Shown piece by piece: positions 1 to 13,419 of a DNA stretch of 64,000 nucleotides. Position numbers and translations under genes: made by a program. The stretch comes from Octopus bimaculoides (taxonomy: Eukaryota). Positions within the stretch are counted from its first letter, which is position 1. Each line of letters opens with the position of its first letter. The notes beneath the pieces were generated by a model that saw nothing but the letters and a program-made list of their open reading frames with translations, searched no databases and had not been told where the DNA came from. The DNA is taken from positions 55,751,142 to 55,815,141 of the forward strand of contig NC_068996.1 in NCBI RefSeq assembly GCF_001194135.2, in the 5' to 3' direction.

Positions 1-39
1 GAATGTGTCATTTAAAACATCATTTACTCTTGGCGTTTT

Positions 40-521
40 TAAGAAAATTCTTTATTTTCGATCTCTGTTAGAAAATACAGCAAATCTAGACTCATCAGAG
101 AATATGATAGTGTCCCTAAATGCTAGTGACCTCTCCACCATCTCACTGGCCCAATCTTTTCTCTAATTCATATTGGCTGGTTGAAGAAGTAGCTTCCTTC
201 TTGCTGCTCTGCCATAGTAGCCAAGTTTGGGAAGATACCTGACAGTTGTTCTGGGACTGATATCAACTTGTTTTGCTACATCAGAGGGCTTGCAACGAGG
301 GTTATCTTAACAAATCGAAGAGTCCTGTAATAGGGCCCTGATCGACCTGGGCAAGGTGATGTAGGTTCCTTCCCCTCTCTGGTGAATTGTACAATCACTC
401 TATTAACTGGGATTCCAATGTTTTCTGCGATTTTACGCTGACCAAATCAACCTTCAGATTGACCTAGAATACGGCCGCTTTGAAATTCGGACAGTTCCAA
501 GGCTTCTTTTGCGCGTGGCAT
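40..521 (-). mobile_element. Tc1-family transposase relic (N-terminal HTH to first catalytic Asp)
   Basis: Minus-strand translation from ATG at 521 gives [37 protein letters not shown], then RKDWASEM...DTIIFSDESRF (Tc1 FSDES motif). Contains stops and frameshifts. Confidence 0.8.
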
Positions 522-1034
522 GATTAAACAGTCACATATAGAACCTGAAACATAAAAATGTCAATTAATAAAAAATATAAACCTTTTCAAGTTAAAATAA
601 ATATGGTTTATGGCGTGTCTATTTATTTATGTCATGCCTATGTACATACCAAATTAGTTTCACCAATCTTTTATTTATCAATGGCACAAATATATATAAA
701 ACAAGGGGATTTTAACAGAGTGTAAAATTGATAAACAAAAATTTCTTGAAACTAGTTTGGTATGTATGTGAATAAATCTTCTTTGTATTCATCTATAGTT
801 GTTGTATATGCATTTTAATTTGGNNNNNNNNNNNNNNNNNNNNNNNNNNNNNNNNNNNNNNNNNNNNNNNNNNNNNNNNNNNNNNNNNNNNNNNNNNNNN
901 NNNNNNNNNNNNNNNNNNNNNNNNNNNNNNNNNNNNNNNNNNNNNNNNNNNNNNNNNNNNNNNNNNNNNNNNNNNNNNNNNNNNNNNNNNNNNNNNNNNN
1001 NNNNNNNNNNNNNNNNNNNNNNNNNNNNNNNNNN

Positions 1035-1070
<36 letters not shown>

Positions 1071-1071
1071 A

Positions 1072-1451
1072 GCAATAATAAATCTCTGAGCGAGATGTAA
1101 ACAGTAGCAGCACGGCATCGTGAGGTATATTTGCCACCTAAATGTGGCTGACCCATATGGGACAATGCTACTGTTGTTTATAGCTCCAGGAAGACACCTC
1201 CACCAGCTGGCTAACGACACACTGTCTGTGTCCGATCAGTATTTGCGAAGGAAAATCATCATTCTCATCTCTAGCCTTACGTGATACACACGGACCTGGG
1301 TTGCTGGGTAGTAACCCGTCATCAGCGTGTGACAATCACCAGCTAAGGATGAGAACTGGTTCCATACACAAAATACTATATACTTCATGATTTCACGATG
1401 TCGCGCTGTTACTGTTTACATCTAGCTCAGAGATATATTATTTATTATTGC
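1072..1451. mobile_element. MITE-like element with ~55 bp imperfect terminal inverted repeats
   Basis: gcaataataaa-tctctgagcgagatgtaaacagtagcagcacggcatcgtga (1072-1122) matches the reverse complement of ~1392-1451; non-coding interior. Confidence 0.65.
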
Positions 1452-1715
1452 GTCTGGAATCAGGTCTCATCGCGTAATCTAAAGTACATATTGTGGACTG
1501 TATATTTAGTAAAATGTATATATGTGCATAGCTCAAGAGCAGATTATATACACATTTGGACGAATTGGCTACATACATCACCCGAATATCATTCTGCCAG
1601 TGCATCTGTACCAAGGCTGAGATTTATCTAAATATTGTTGTGTGTGCATTTTATTCAGACCTGACTTGGTACCTGAACTTTAAGTACCTTATTCAACTAA
1701 ATCTTGTCTGTATCG

Positions 1716-1717
<2 letters not shown>

Positions 1718-1790
<73 letters not shown>

Positions 1791-1804
1791 TGTATGTATG
1801 TATG

Positions 1805-1838
<34 letters not shown>

Positions 1839-1980
1839 TGTATGTATATATGTATGTATGTATGTATGTATATATGTATGTATGTATGTATATATGTATG
1901 TATGTATGTATGTATGTAGGTATGTATGCATGCATGCATGTATGTATGTTTGTGTGTATGTGTATGTAAGTATGTATGTA

Positions 1981-2031
<51 letters not shown>

Positions 2032-2040
2032 GTATGTAAT
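1718..2040. repeat. Compound microsatellite (CA)n-(TATG)n-(TG)n
   Basis: Directly visible. Representative of dozens of similar tracts, e.g. 2327-2441, 5080-5255, 15404-15507, 31180-31490, 32585-32830, 51937-52038. Confidence 0.98.
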
Positions 2041-2326
2041 TAGTAATAATCGACAATGGTTACAAAGTGATTTAAGAGCACAGAGTTTCGTGCTTTGGCA
2101 ATTATCAACGCACGAAAATCTCGCTCTGTGAATCTTTCTATAACTTCTACCTATTATTACTTATATACATATACTCATGTTTGTGATCTATGTTTTTTTT
2201 TGCATCACCAGACCTATACACATACATATACATACATACATACATACACACATACATACATGCATGTATATATATATATTATACATATATATGTATATAT
2301 AAGCATGATTATATTGTGTATAAACA

Positions 2327-2447
<121 letters not shown>

Positions 2448-2803
2448 AACAAATGCTGAGTTAAAAATCGCAGTTGTGTTGTGTTACATGTCTATATTAT
2501 TTATTTCTTAGTGGAATAAAATATTGTTTATCTTGGCATCAGAAGAAAGAACATCTCCCACTTTGTCATCCAAGAAAATATGAAGGCAACACACACGCAC
2601 TTCTCATATATGCACTCACATAAAAAACACACACACACAAACGCATTATATATATGTGTGTGCGCCTGTATATAGGAAATAATTCATTTTTATTCTTGGA
2701 ACACTAGTTCTCGAAGCACATCACATAGAACTATAAAGAATACCATGTAAATATCACCTTGAAAATCACTTCTCGGATAGAAGTCGAAGGCACCCGTTGG
2801 ACT

Positions 2804-2848
2804 TGTACACACATCTCCTGTACACACATCTCCTGTACACACATCTCC
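2804..2848 (+). repeat. 15-bp tandem repeat x3 (tgtacacacatctcc)
   Basis: Three perfect consecutive copies. Confidence 0.95.
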
Positions 2849-3053
2849 AATGCAGATCTGTTCTACCATTCAACCAATGCAATTCTTTGAATTCTGCTAT
2901 CCATTTAAGAAACTCTATTCTTACCAGAAAGAACTGTACGTTGTTGACGTCATAAGAATTTGGTAAGGTTCGTGAAAACTTTAAATAAGCGAAAACCCAA
3001 ATGCATATAGCACATTATATACATCATACATACATACATACATACATACATAA

Positions 3054-3098
<45 letters not shown>

Positions 3099-3106
3099 CA
3101 TACATA

Positions 3107-3720
3107 CTAGCAGCTAAGCCCGGTTTCACCCGGTCGTTTGGATGATGTGGCTGTAAAACCTGCTCTGTGTAAGCATTCGACTTGTTTGGGCATGCTTACG
3201 TTAAAAAGCAATTTTAGAATGACTGTTTTCTGTCAAAACGCTAAAAATAACTGACCAACCAAGATTCAACAAAATCAAAAAAATAAACCCAAATACTAAG
3301 CGAACAAAGATGAACCATCCCACTTCCATTGCGCTCACACACGCACACACAAACACAAACGCACCCACACATTCACATATTCCCCTTTTACATACACACC
3401 CACATATATTCACACAGAGTTGAAATATTGTTTGATTTATGTTTTTCAGCGTACAATTTTCATCATCCCACTACCAAGTGTGACATCACCCTTTCCTTCC
3501 TTATTCATCTATCACCTCCTTCCTTTCTCATTCATAAACACAAGAGTATTATTATAGTTGATTATCTCGGTAATCATGGGAGCTATGAATAAATACAAAG
3601 TCCAACATCGCCACCGGATCATTCAACACATCTGTGTAATTTTTCGCGCAATTCCACCCAGCCGTTTGACCGTTAATCCCAAGACAAGAAAGAATCGCCT
3701 ATGTCAAATTCATATATACT
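3107..3720 (-). mobile_element. Non-autonomous Helitron-like element (canonical 3' end)
   Basis: Minus strand ends in CTAG followed by T at 3107, with a CCGG-gtgaaa-CCGG hairpin ~10 nt upstream (3120-3133). Interior has a Lep1/DINE-like 'cagccgtttgaccgt' core. The 5' end is degenerate and its position approximate. Confidence 0.55.
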
Positions 3721-3721
3721 C

Positions 3722-3905
3722 CTTTACTCTTTTACTTGTTTCAGTCATTTGACTTTAGTCGAGAAAATCGACCCCAGGACTTATTCTTTGTAAGCCTAGT
3801 ACTTATTCTATCGGTCTCTTTTGCCGAACCGCTAAGTTACGGGGACGTAAACACAACCACATCAGTTATCAAATGATGTTGGGGGAACAAATACAGACAC
3901 ACAAA
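3722..3905 (-). mobile_element. SINE family A, 3' half
   Basis: Reverse complement of the 10660-10853 part of the full copy (ccccgtaacttagcggttcggcaaaagagaccgatagaataagtactagg...). Confidence 0.9.
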
Positions 3906-4900
3906 CATATACACACACATACTACATACACATATATATATATATATATATATATATNNNNNNNNNNNNNNNNNNNNNNNNNNNNNNNNNNNNNNNNNNN
4001 NNNNNNNNNNNNNNNNNNNNNNNNNNNNNNNNNNNNNNNNNNNNNNNNNNNNNNNNNNNNNNNNNNNNNNNNNNNNNNNNNNNNNNNNNNNNNNNNNNNN
4101 NNNNNNNNNNNNNNNNNNNNNNNNNNNNNNNNNNNNNNNNNNNNNNNNNNNNNNNNNNNNNNNNNNNNNNNNNNNNNNNNNNNNNNNNNNNNNNNNNNNN
4201 NNNNNNNNNNNNNNNNNNNNNNNNNNNNNNNNNNNNNNNNNNNNNNNNNNNNNNNNNNNNNNNNNNNNNNNNNNNNNNNNNNNNNNNNNNNNNNNNNNNN
4301 NNNNNNNNNNNNNNNNNNNNNNNNNNNNNNNNNNNNNNNNNNNNNNNNNNNNNNNNNNNNNNNNNNNNNNNNNNNNNNNNNNNNNNNNNNNNNNNNNNNN
4401 NNNNNNNNNNNNNNNNNNNNNNNNNNNNNNNNNNNNNNNNNNNNNNNNNNNNNNNNNNNNNNNNNNNNNNNNNNNNNNNNNNNNNNNNNNNNNNNNNNNN
4501 NNNNNNNNNNNNNNNNNNNNNNNNNNNNNNNNNNNNNNNNNNNNNNNNNNNNNNNNNNNNNNNNNNNNNNNNNNNNNNNNNNNNNNNNNNNNNNNNNNNN
4601 NNNNNNNNNNNNNNNNNNNNNNNNNNNNNNNNNNNNNNNNNNNNNNNNNNNNNNNNNNNNNNNNNNNNNNNNNNNNNNNNNNNNNNNNNNNNNNNNNNNN
4701 NNNNNNNNNNNNNNNNNNNNNNNNNNNNNNNNNNNNNNNNNNNNNNNNNNNNNNNNNNNNNNNNNNNNNNNNNNNNNNNNNNNNNNNNNNNNNNNNNNNN
4801 NNNNNNNNNNNNNNNNNNNNNNNNNNNNNNNNNNNNNNNNNNNNNNNNNNNNNNNNNNNNNNNNNNNNNNNNNNNNNNNNNNNNNNNNNNNNNNNNNNNN

Positions 4901-4944
<44 letters not shown>

Positions 4945-5274
4945 CTGGTATCTACAAAATATTATATATACTCACAATTTACAAAATTTCATTATCACAA
5001 CTGATTGGCAAACGGACACGAGTAAATCTGAGTCACAGTTTGTGAAGTCTTTTTCGACTTTAGTAAAACAATACATACATATATGTGTGTATGCGTGTGT
5101 GTGTGTGTGTGTGTACACACACACACAAACATACATACATACATACATACACACACACACATACATACATACATACATACATACATACATACATACATAC
5201 ATACACACACATACATACATACATACATACACACATACATACATGCATACATACAAACAAGGATGCACCATATG

Positions 5275-5420
5275 CCCATTTTCGAAATTTCCCCAAGACA
5301 CCTGATGAAGGTTGGAAGGAATATCAGCCGAAACGTTGTGTTAACAACAAACAAGATGAGGACAAATATCCGTCAAATGTAAATAATGTAAATAATTCCT
5401 CATCTCTTAAATATAGAAAT
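5275..5420 (+). mobile_element. Penelope-like element terminal repeat (tail) fragment
   Basis: cctgatgaag...ccgaaacgttg core followed by an A-rich tail, an architecture typical of PLE pseudo-LTRs. Confidence 0.55.
5297..5342 (+). ncRNA. Minimal type-I hammerhead ribozyme motif
   Basis: Helix I GACAC/GUGUU, core CUGAUGA, helix II GGUUG/CAGCC (after one extra A), GAAA, palindromic ACGU helix III, GUU cleavage triplet. Confidence 0.7.
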
Positions 5421-5443
5421 TTTGTTCTTAATAAAAACTATCC

Positions 5444-5575
5444 ATGCCGCGAACACCAGAAGCAAAACCTTGTCTGAACCCCAAAGAGAGTGTATTGTGA
5501 GTAAATATAAAGATGATCTTAGCCAGCAGAAGATTGCCCAAAACCTTGAAATTCCTCTTGCGGACATTATCTCTT
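5444..5575 (+). mobile_element. Tc1-family transposase N-terminal fragment
   Basis: MPRT...KTLSEPQRECIVSKYKDDLSQQKIAQNLEIP resembles the 40-521 relic N-terminus; frameshifted. Confidence 0.55.
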
Positions 5576-5899
5576 CGACTTTTACTGTTCAAAACGGTTT
5601 TAATCCAATATTTACGCGCTGTTCTTCGTAACTATGAGATGAACTTCGAGAACCATTTTCGTCATCAATATACAAAACTACACGAAAACAAGATTTCCTG
5701 TTCTTGAACGTAATCTAGTGAAAATTTGAAAATTTTCAACTGGTTAAAAGAAATTTAACAAGATTCCGCCTATGCTCGATAGCAGCGGCGGCGTTTTCTG
5801 ATGCACCGGAGAAGATGGATTCATTCAACTAAATGCTGTACACAATTTTCAATAATCGATTTATACGTCATTGTTTCACGATATCGACCACACAATTGG

Positions 5900-6600
5900 A
5901 TGTTGATATACATCGCTAGTCACAATGCGCTTCCAATTCTTTCTTTATTGCGCCACTCTTTTCCATTTTGCCCCAAATCGTTTAACTAAATCGTCTTCCT
6001 ATCTTTGTAGAGGCCTTCCGAGTGGCCTTTTCGATTTTCTGGATGCTACTCGACAACTGTGCGTGTCTACCTGTTGTGTGTGAACTTTGCGACATGTCCA
6101 GCTCAGTAGAACCTGAGATTTCAGTATTCTGCGATCACGCTGTTCGTTCCACACCATCCTCGAAATTTTTCACTTCGGCTATATTCTCGCAATGATATTT
6201 CCTTGCATGGATCTTAATCCTTTGCGTCCTATAAGAGCGCGTACAGGACAGTGCTATTGAAGAGTTTGGCACATATGTTGTCCAGCTTTTCTTTGAGTAC
6301 ATCCTTTACTGAGGTACACACTTTCCATCCTGCCTTTATTCTCTTCGAGATTTCGGCATCCATGTCTCGACGAACATTCACTGTGTTCCTCTAGTAAACA
6401 CACTTCTTTATATTCTCGATTTCATCTCTTCCCACCTCTGTTTGACTTTGTGCTATGTTTCCAGACTACGCATGCCTAGCTCTGTCAGTATGGTCTGCGG
6501 TTTCGACGATGAGTATAATGACATCTACGCATCGAAGATGACTTAGCTTGTGGTTGATGCTCACGGTATCTGTCTAGTCAAAGTATCTCATGACCTGTTC
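5900..6600 (-). mobile_element. RTE-clade LINE relic (RT C-terminal part to 3' end)
   Basis: Minus translation: NHKLSHLRCVDVIILI...DAEISKRIKAGWK...KLFNSTVL...WAGHVAKF...RPLGRPLQR*EDDLVKRFG...NWKRIV. Confidence 0.85.
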
Positions 6601-7775
6601 TAGACATTCAGTAAAGAACTTCATATATGTTCGTATAATAATAATCCATCATTTCTTCAGCAATTGAAATGTGAATAAATGTTTAATGAAAGACGTATAT
6701 TATTTTGATATTACATGTTAAAGACTATACAAGAGTATCTGAGCCATCAAAAATGGTGGCGGTATTGTTGAAAAATGTACATGATGAAAGTTGCTACTGA
6801 GAGTATGAGGCTGTAAATAAGAATGCCAAAATAACAGGAAAATAAGAAAATTATATTCATCATTCCTGAAATATTATACAGGTTTGATTACTTTTAATAT
6901 ATAGAACAGATTCGTGGCTTTGAACTAACAGGATGTCATGCAGAGGATCTTGAAATAGAAGACAATGGATGAGAGCCTAATATTCCTAGTTAGATGGAAA
7001 CTACGGGACCACATGGAGCAGTGCCCTGTGACTACAGGGCACAGTATGTGCAACTGAAACCCCTAGGGGCATCCTGAGGGATAACTTAGATAAATAGATA
7101 GAAAGAAAGAATATGTCGCAGTCAATTCCTTATTCTACATTACTTTATTTTCGACAATAGATGCTCTCCATAATTTCACGAACGTTGTACATATATATGT
7201 CTTAAAAACTAGCAAATTACATTTGTAATTTATACGTGGGGATATGATTTTACAAACAGGTTACCTCTTCTAAAAGTTTTCAAGTGACCACAGCTTTAGT
7301 TTATGCCAAAGTTACAAATGTATACAATAAGCATTTATTATTCACATTTATTGCAAAACTTCTCGAAAGACAAAATTTCTTGAATAGACACAAAGAAGCA
7401 CCAACATCTATTGGCCTTCTCAATTTTCAGTCTGCAATTACAAAGCAACTCTTTTTTTTGCTCTGCTTAAATCTAGAAATACTTTCGTACAATGTAAAAA
7501 GTAAACAGGTTCAGGTGGAATTCATGGTTCCTCTCAGTTAGTTGAATATAAAACCAATAAGGGAATATAGTTGAATACATATGAAGTAGAATGATTAATT
7601 AAACGTGTTGAATATATATTGATGAGCCATAGCGTATTTACATATATCGATTAGATTTGCCAATGAGAAAAAGTAGAAAATTGAATCAAGCACCGGAATT
7701 TATGAACATAAAAACATTAGTTGAACGTGATGAGTCAAGGAATTGATCAGAACGAGGTTTCTAATACAAAAAATT

Positions 7776-7904
<129 letters not shown>

Positions 7905-8022
7905 TCCAGGTTATGTCAAACATTTTAGAAAGTAAATGATATAAAGGAATAAATTCAACAGCTTCAAACGGTTGTCTCACTCACAAAAACAGTATAAATG
8001 CAAATACACGTGCCGTATTATA

Positions 8023-9212
8023 TATTGAGTTGGAGCAATGGTTCGTACTGCTTTGCATATTTCCTGAAAGGTGACATTTCAACACGTCTTTCTATACGAT
8101 TACTGTGTGAATAATTTCTTTTCACTGTTTTTACTTTAAAAGTGAAAGAAAAAGCAAGAAACGGGATAAGAGCTTTGCCATTTAATGCTCTTTCATTTCC
8201 TGAAAGGAAATAAACACTACAGAAACATCAAAAAAGATACGTGCAATTAATGGAGGTGGTATCTTAGTTGAGTAAGTGGTTTTGCTAGGTTTAGGAGTGA
8301 AACGTTTGATCTGGAAGATCAAGAACATTCTGGCAGGACTACGGTTATTGAGGAGGAGAACCAAATCGAAAAACAATCCAGGTCAGAAGGTACATTTTTA
8401 ACATACGACTGTTATAAGGTATTTAAAAACACCTAGATTCATGAATCGTTATGACATTTGGGTGCCTCGTTATTTAATGGAAAAATAAATTTAATGGATG
8501 CATTTCCACCTGCAATTCTCAACTCAAACAAAACAAAACGATCCATTTTTTTTTTTTTAAGGGCAATCACAGATGAAAGAAAAGTGGATTGTTTACAACC
8601 ATGGGGAGCAATAGAAGATCCTGCAGAAAATGAAATGAATGACCAATAATCTCTCCAAAAGCCGGTCTGTATCTGAAGAAGGTGACATTTCTTTATGTAG
8701 TGGGGTTGGAAAGGCATTGTGTATTACAAGCTCGTTCTGCAATACCAGATGTTGAATTCAGACAATTATTGTTCCTAATTAAACCAAGTTAAAGGATACA
8801 ATTGATGAAAAGCATCCAGAAATGGTTAATCAGAATTGAGTCATTTTCCTTCAGGACAAAGTTACACTTCATGTTTCCTTATAGACCCAGCAGAAATTGG
8901 AAATTCTTGAATGGGATATTCTGCTACACCCACTGTACTCATTTGGCTATGCTCCTTTGGACTTGAATTTATTTGGATCCCTACAAAATTCTTCAATTCT
9001 TTGGAAGGCTGTAAAAACCAGTTTGACCAACTCATGACTCAGAAAGATGCCAAGTTCTGAGAGGATGGGATCGTGAAGTAGCTTCAAAAGTGGCAAAAGG
9101 TAGTGGAACAAAAATGGGAAATATGTGGGTGTGTAAAGGTAGGTGAAAATATCTAAATACTGCTTTTGAATTTGACTTAAAATACATTACGGACATTTAT
9201 TCCAATCTCAGA
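8023..9212 (+). mobile_element. Mariner (DD34D, Hsmar1/cecropia-like) near full-length decayed element
   Basis: KWFARFRS..FDLEDQEHSGR (HTH), IWVPR, ITDE.KWIVY, KAGL..KK, GIVYY, VIFLQDK...LEWDILLHPLYS...APLD.NLFGSLQN, KWQKVVEQ. Degenerate TIR-like ends at ~8023-8055 and ~9180-9212. Confidence 0.85.
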
Positions 9213-9409
9213 TGTTGATTAGCCAATGTAATATACTTAGAGAAAACTGCTTTCGAAGCATTACATCAGTTTCAAAATATTATTCTAGTTTCACCCATAG
9301 CAACCAACAGATTTAAGCGGGCGTTGTGTACCAAAAGAACATTCTTGACAATGCCTGCGTAGAGGGAGTTCGGGGGTTTCCCGATGCCCTCATATCAGAG
9401 GAGATGTCT

Positions 9410-9555
9410 CAGTGTGTCACGATTTTGCCCAGAAAAACTACATTAAGAGTACACGTGTCTAACACACACGTGTCAGCGGAACACACAGCCACTTACCTGC
9501 TAATATAACGAGTAGGTTGTTCAGTTGACGGAATCAACAAAGGATCCATTATCAT
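9410..9555 (+). mobile_element. SINE family B, 3' tail fragment
   Basis: gaaaaactacattaagagtacacgtgtc...cagccac resembles and continues the end of the 36051 copy (gagaactatgttaagtgt). Confidence 0.5.
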
Positions 9556-10394
9556 GAAATATGTAAATATAAGTGTTTGTTTGTGTGTATCCATGCATGT
9601 ATGTAAATGGATATGAGTCTGTGTGTATATACTATGTGCATGTAGATGGTTTTCTAAGTATGTGTGTGCATGTATGTTATGTATGTATATTCACGTATAT
9701 ATTACTTTCATCTACGGTTATATAAGTATGTGTGTGTGTATCTGTATGATATATTCACATGCATACATTAATACAAATATATATTAATATCTCCATCTCT
9801 ATCTGTTTATCTCTTTTTATATAAGTGTGTATGTATGTGTCAATATACACCTTCAGATATTTTTACATAATTGGACGCATGTATGTGTGCGTGTATATTT
9901 ATATATTTATTTTTATATTTTTATGTTATTGTATGCATGTATGTGTGCGTGTGTGTGTATTTCTGTCTGTTTGCATGTATATGTATATGTATGTGCAAAT
10001 ATATATTTCCTCTGCGACCTACGCAAAGGTAGGAGCTTAATTTTTATTCCGTGCCCGATTTCCACCATGCTTCTTCGAAAAGTGAGCTATTTGTGGTTTC
10101 CGAAGTCATGTGACTCCTATCTCTAGCAAAGCTGGAACTCTTCCAGTACCAGCATATTTTTTAAAACTTACTTGTACGGTTCACGCTTTGAATGGCCACT
10201 AATATTATTAATTCTATTATTAATAATATACTTATCAGGTGGTGCTATTAAGTTAGATATGGCCTGGACCAATCTTTGGTCGAAACAAATCTAAGTTTTA
10301 TCTAAGTTTTTATATATACATATATATATGTGTGTGTGTGCGTGTGTGTGTGTGTGTGTGTATGTGTGTGTGTATATATATATATATATACATA

Positions 10395-10448
<54 letters not shown>

Positions 10449-10460
10449 GATAGATAGATA

Positions 10461-10853
10461 GGCGCAGGCGTGGCTGTGTGGTAAGAAGCTTGCTTTCCAA
10501 TCACAAGGTTCCGGGTTCAGTCCCACTGCGTAGCACTTTGGGCAAGTGCCTTCTACTGTAGCCTCGGGCCGACTAAAGCATTGTAAGTGGATTTGATAGA
10601 CAGAAACTGAAAGAAGCCTGTCGTATACATATATACATATATATGTATATGTGTGTTTTTGTGCCCCCGCCATCGCTTGACAACCGATGTTGGTGTGTTT
10701 ACGTCCCCGTAACTTAGCGGTTCGGTAAAAGATACCGATAGAATAAGTACTAGGTTTACAAAGAATAAGTCCCGGAGTCGATTTGTTCGACTAAAGGTGG
10801 TCCTTCAGCATGGCCGCAACCAAATGACTGAAACAAATAAAAGAGTAAAAGAA
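10461..10853 (+). mobile_element. tRNA-derived SINE family A, full-length copy
   Basis: tRNA-like head (ggcgcaggcgtggctgtgtggtaagaagc...ggttccgggttcagtccc), central microsatellite, conserved 3' half ending gactgaaacaaataaaagagtaaaaga; about 20 related pieces in the window. Confidence 0.92.
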
Positions 10854-10897
10854 TGTATATATATATATATATTTACATACATACATACATACATACA

Positions 10898-11724
10898 CAG
10901 GGTGCGATGTATAAGTTGTCGCCATTTTATATTTTTAATTTCGCGCATGCGCATTGTTTATTTTTGATTTCGTCGACTATACAGTATAGGAGGGTTAGTC
11001 AGGCACCGTATATGAGAAAAACAGCGCGATGATGCAATTCAGTCTGCTAGAAATTTGGAAATGACATTCTGTACTGTTTGGCATTCACACTGGAAGCTCC
11101 AATATGAACAAATGGTGAACACACAGAGCAACCATTGGCTTCTCATATCTCCAAAACATGTTCCGAGAGCGATAAAAATCAAACATCCAGTCAAAATACA
11201 TACATACATACATACATACATACATACATACATACATACATACATACATGTTGGTTGCTTACTCATTACTGAGTCAAGAGGGTAGCTGCTGGAAGACCCT
11301 ATGTCTGGCAACAGGACTCTGCACCATGTCACACAAGCAGGAGAACCCAGTCATGGCTGTCAGACAATTTCTACAACCACATCACCCCTATCATCTGGCC
11401 ACCAAACTACCCAGACTGCAACCCCCTTGATTATTATGTGTAGGGTGCAGTTAAACGAGAGACCAATAAAACTCCTTGAAACGCCAAAGATGAAGCGAAA
11501 GCAAGGATTATGGCAGCATTCACCAACTTAAATAAGGAGACCGTTCAGAAGAGTTGCAGGAGATTCCATGGTTGAAGTCATTGCCGATTTTATTGAATAA
11601 ATTTAGTCTTTAGTATTTCAAAACATTTTGATGTAATTTTGGTAAAATATATCTATTAAAATGAAATGTCAGTGTTGTTTTCATTTTTGCGTAATTTAGA
11701 CAACAATTTATTCATTGCACCCTG
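10898..11724 (+). mobile_element. Internally deleted DD37D (maT) transposon with both TIRs
   Basis: TIRs cagggtgcgatgtataagttgtc / gacaacaatttattcattgcaccctg; IKIKHPV and AGRPYVWQQDSAPCHTSRRTQSWLSDNFYNHITPIIWPPNYPDCNPLDYY. Confidence 0.88.
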
Positions 11725-11749
11725 TACACACACGCGTACACGCGCGCAT

Positions 11750-11806
<57 letters not shown>

Positions 11807-13154
11807 AAGGCGGATTGTTGACATGGTTTAGGAATGTTATATAAACACTGAAAACTCTCCTAATTTCTGTGACAGATGCTAATATTTTTTTTTTAATGTT
11901 TACCGAAGAGAAGTTATGTTTCTTCTATCAGCGACATCAATATAATTCTGTCGTAACATTTGTTTAAACGTTTTCTTTAGTTGAAGCCGATATTATTGTT
12001 GTTGTTAACCTCAAACCGAGTAAGGCCTTGTGAGTGAATTCAGCAGACGGAAACTGAAAGAAGCATACACACAGCGCACGCGCGCACACAAGCACACGCA
12101 CACAAACACACAACACAGATACACAGACACACACATGCACACGCACATGCACACGCACGCACACACAACGCACACTCACACAGCGCACACACACACAACG
12201 CACGCGCGCGCGCATATATAAGGGTCCGGTCGCTCTCGAGCGCTACTGGCAACATGTAACGTAGTGCAACCTGTTGCAAGGTCGGGTCCTCGGTGATTAA
12301 GCCGGTTACCCCATCAAGCTTGCTTGGTGAGGAGGGGACACACTGCGGGATGAAAAAGAAAACCCGTCAAAAGGTGGAGGAATTCAGGTGAGTGAGCCGC
12401 CATCCAATAATGTGTAGCTGAGTATGTATATATGACGTACAAAGACTCCATGTTGGTGACCAATGACGCAGTAAGTCCACTTGGAATGAAGGACTCCTGG
12501 TTTTTCTCAAAGCATCTCTCAAGGAGAAGGCTAACCTGTATATGAAATCCCCGCTCTACTGAGCCGGATACCTTGAACTTTGCTTGTTCCTGGGTTCTTT
12601 GGTATTGTTAGTGAGAACTATTGTGGTGTTGTGCTGCTTGCACTCTACTTAAAACACTTGCACGGCCATTGCTGACACACTTACCTCTCAACGATGGTCA
12701 TGTTCGTCTAACGAGTAAGCAACCAGCATGTATGTATGCATGCATGTATGTATGTATGTATGTATGTATGTTTGTATGCATGCATGTATGTATGTGTGTG
12801 TGTATGTATGTATGTATGTTCTCTTGTGTTTTTAATTATTTGAATTCTTGCCGTGAGGATGGAGGTGGTCTCTAATAAAGACACAAAGCTCCATTGTTGG
12901 AATGTAGACAACAAAAGCCATATGACATTCTAAACTCGAAGAAAGTCTTGCACATTTTTACTGTTCCACTTAGAGATTGTATTTGTAATGAACAAGTTAT
13001 TTGGTTGATTTCTTTTCTCTGGAAACCCTAGCTTATCCAGACTGGCATTTAATCACAAAACCAATTGCACCAATTTTTAGGGGTATAAAAGTGAATTTAT
13101 AATCTGCATACAGAAGCTGCAGTTTTTGTAGCAGTTCTCCATAGTTAGCCTGTC

Positions 13155-13204
<50 letters not shown>

Positions 13205-13211
<7 letters not shown>

Positions 13212-13415
13212 CTGTTTATGATTTCTCCACCACCGCTTGACAACAGGTTTTTGTTTATGTTCCTGTAACTTAACAGTTCAGCAAAAAGAGACCGATAATG
13301 TATGTAGTAGGTTCTAAAAAATAGGTACTGGGGTTGGGTTGTTCGACCAAACCCTTGAAAGTAGTGCTCCAGCATGGCTGCAGTCCAGTGACTGAAGCAA
13401 GTAAAAGATAAAAGA
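13205..13415 (+). mobile_element. SINE family A, 3' half
   Basis: ccaccgcttgacaac...gtgctccagcatggctgcagtccagtgactgaagcaagtaaaaga. Confidence 0.85.
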
Positions 13416-13419
13416 TAAT

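Noticed and set aside
7021-7042. Perfect 9-bp hairpin gtgccctgt-gact-acagggcac
   Set aside because: Too short to exceed chance in 64 kb, with no associated terminus or U-tract.
10461-10535. tRNA-like sequences at SINE heads (also 25288, 36051, 46640-46725)
   Set aside because: They continue into SINE bodies and do not form complete cloverleaves, so they are not called as tRNA genes.
12225-12600. GC-richer segment reminiscent of a LINE 5' UTR
   Set aside because: Only a vague recollection of similarity; no second copy or ORF in the window to support it.
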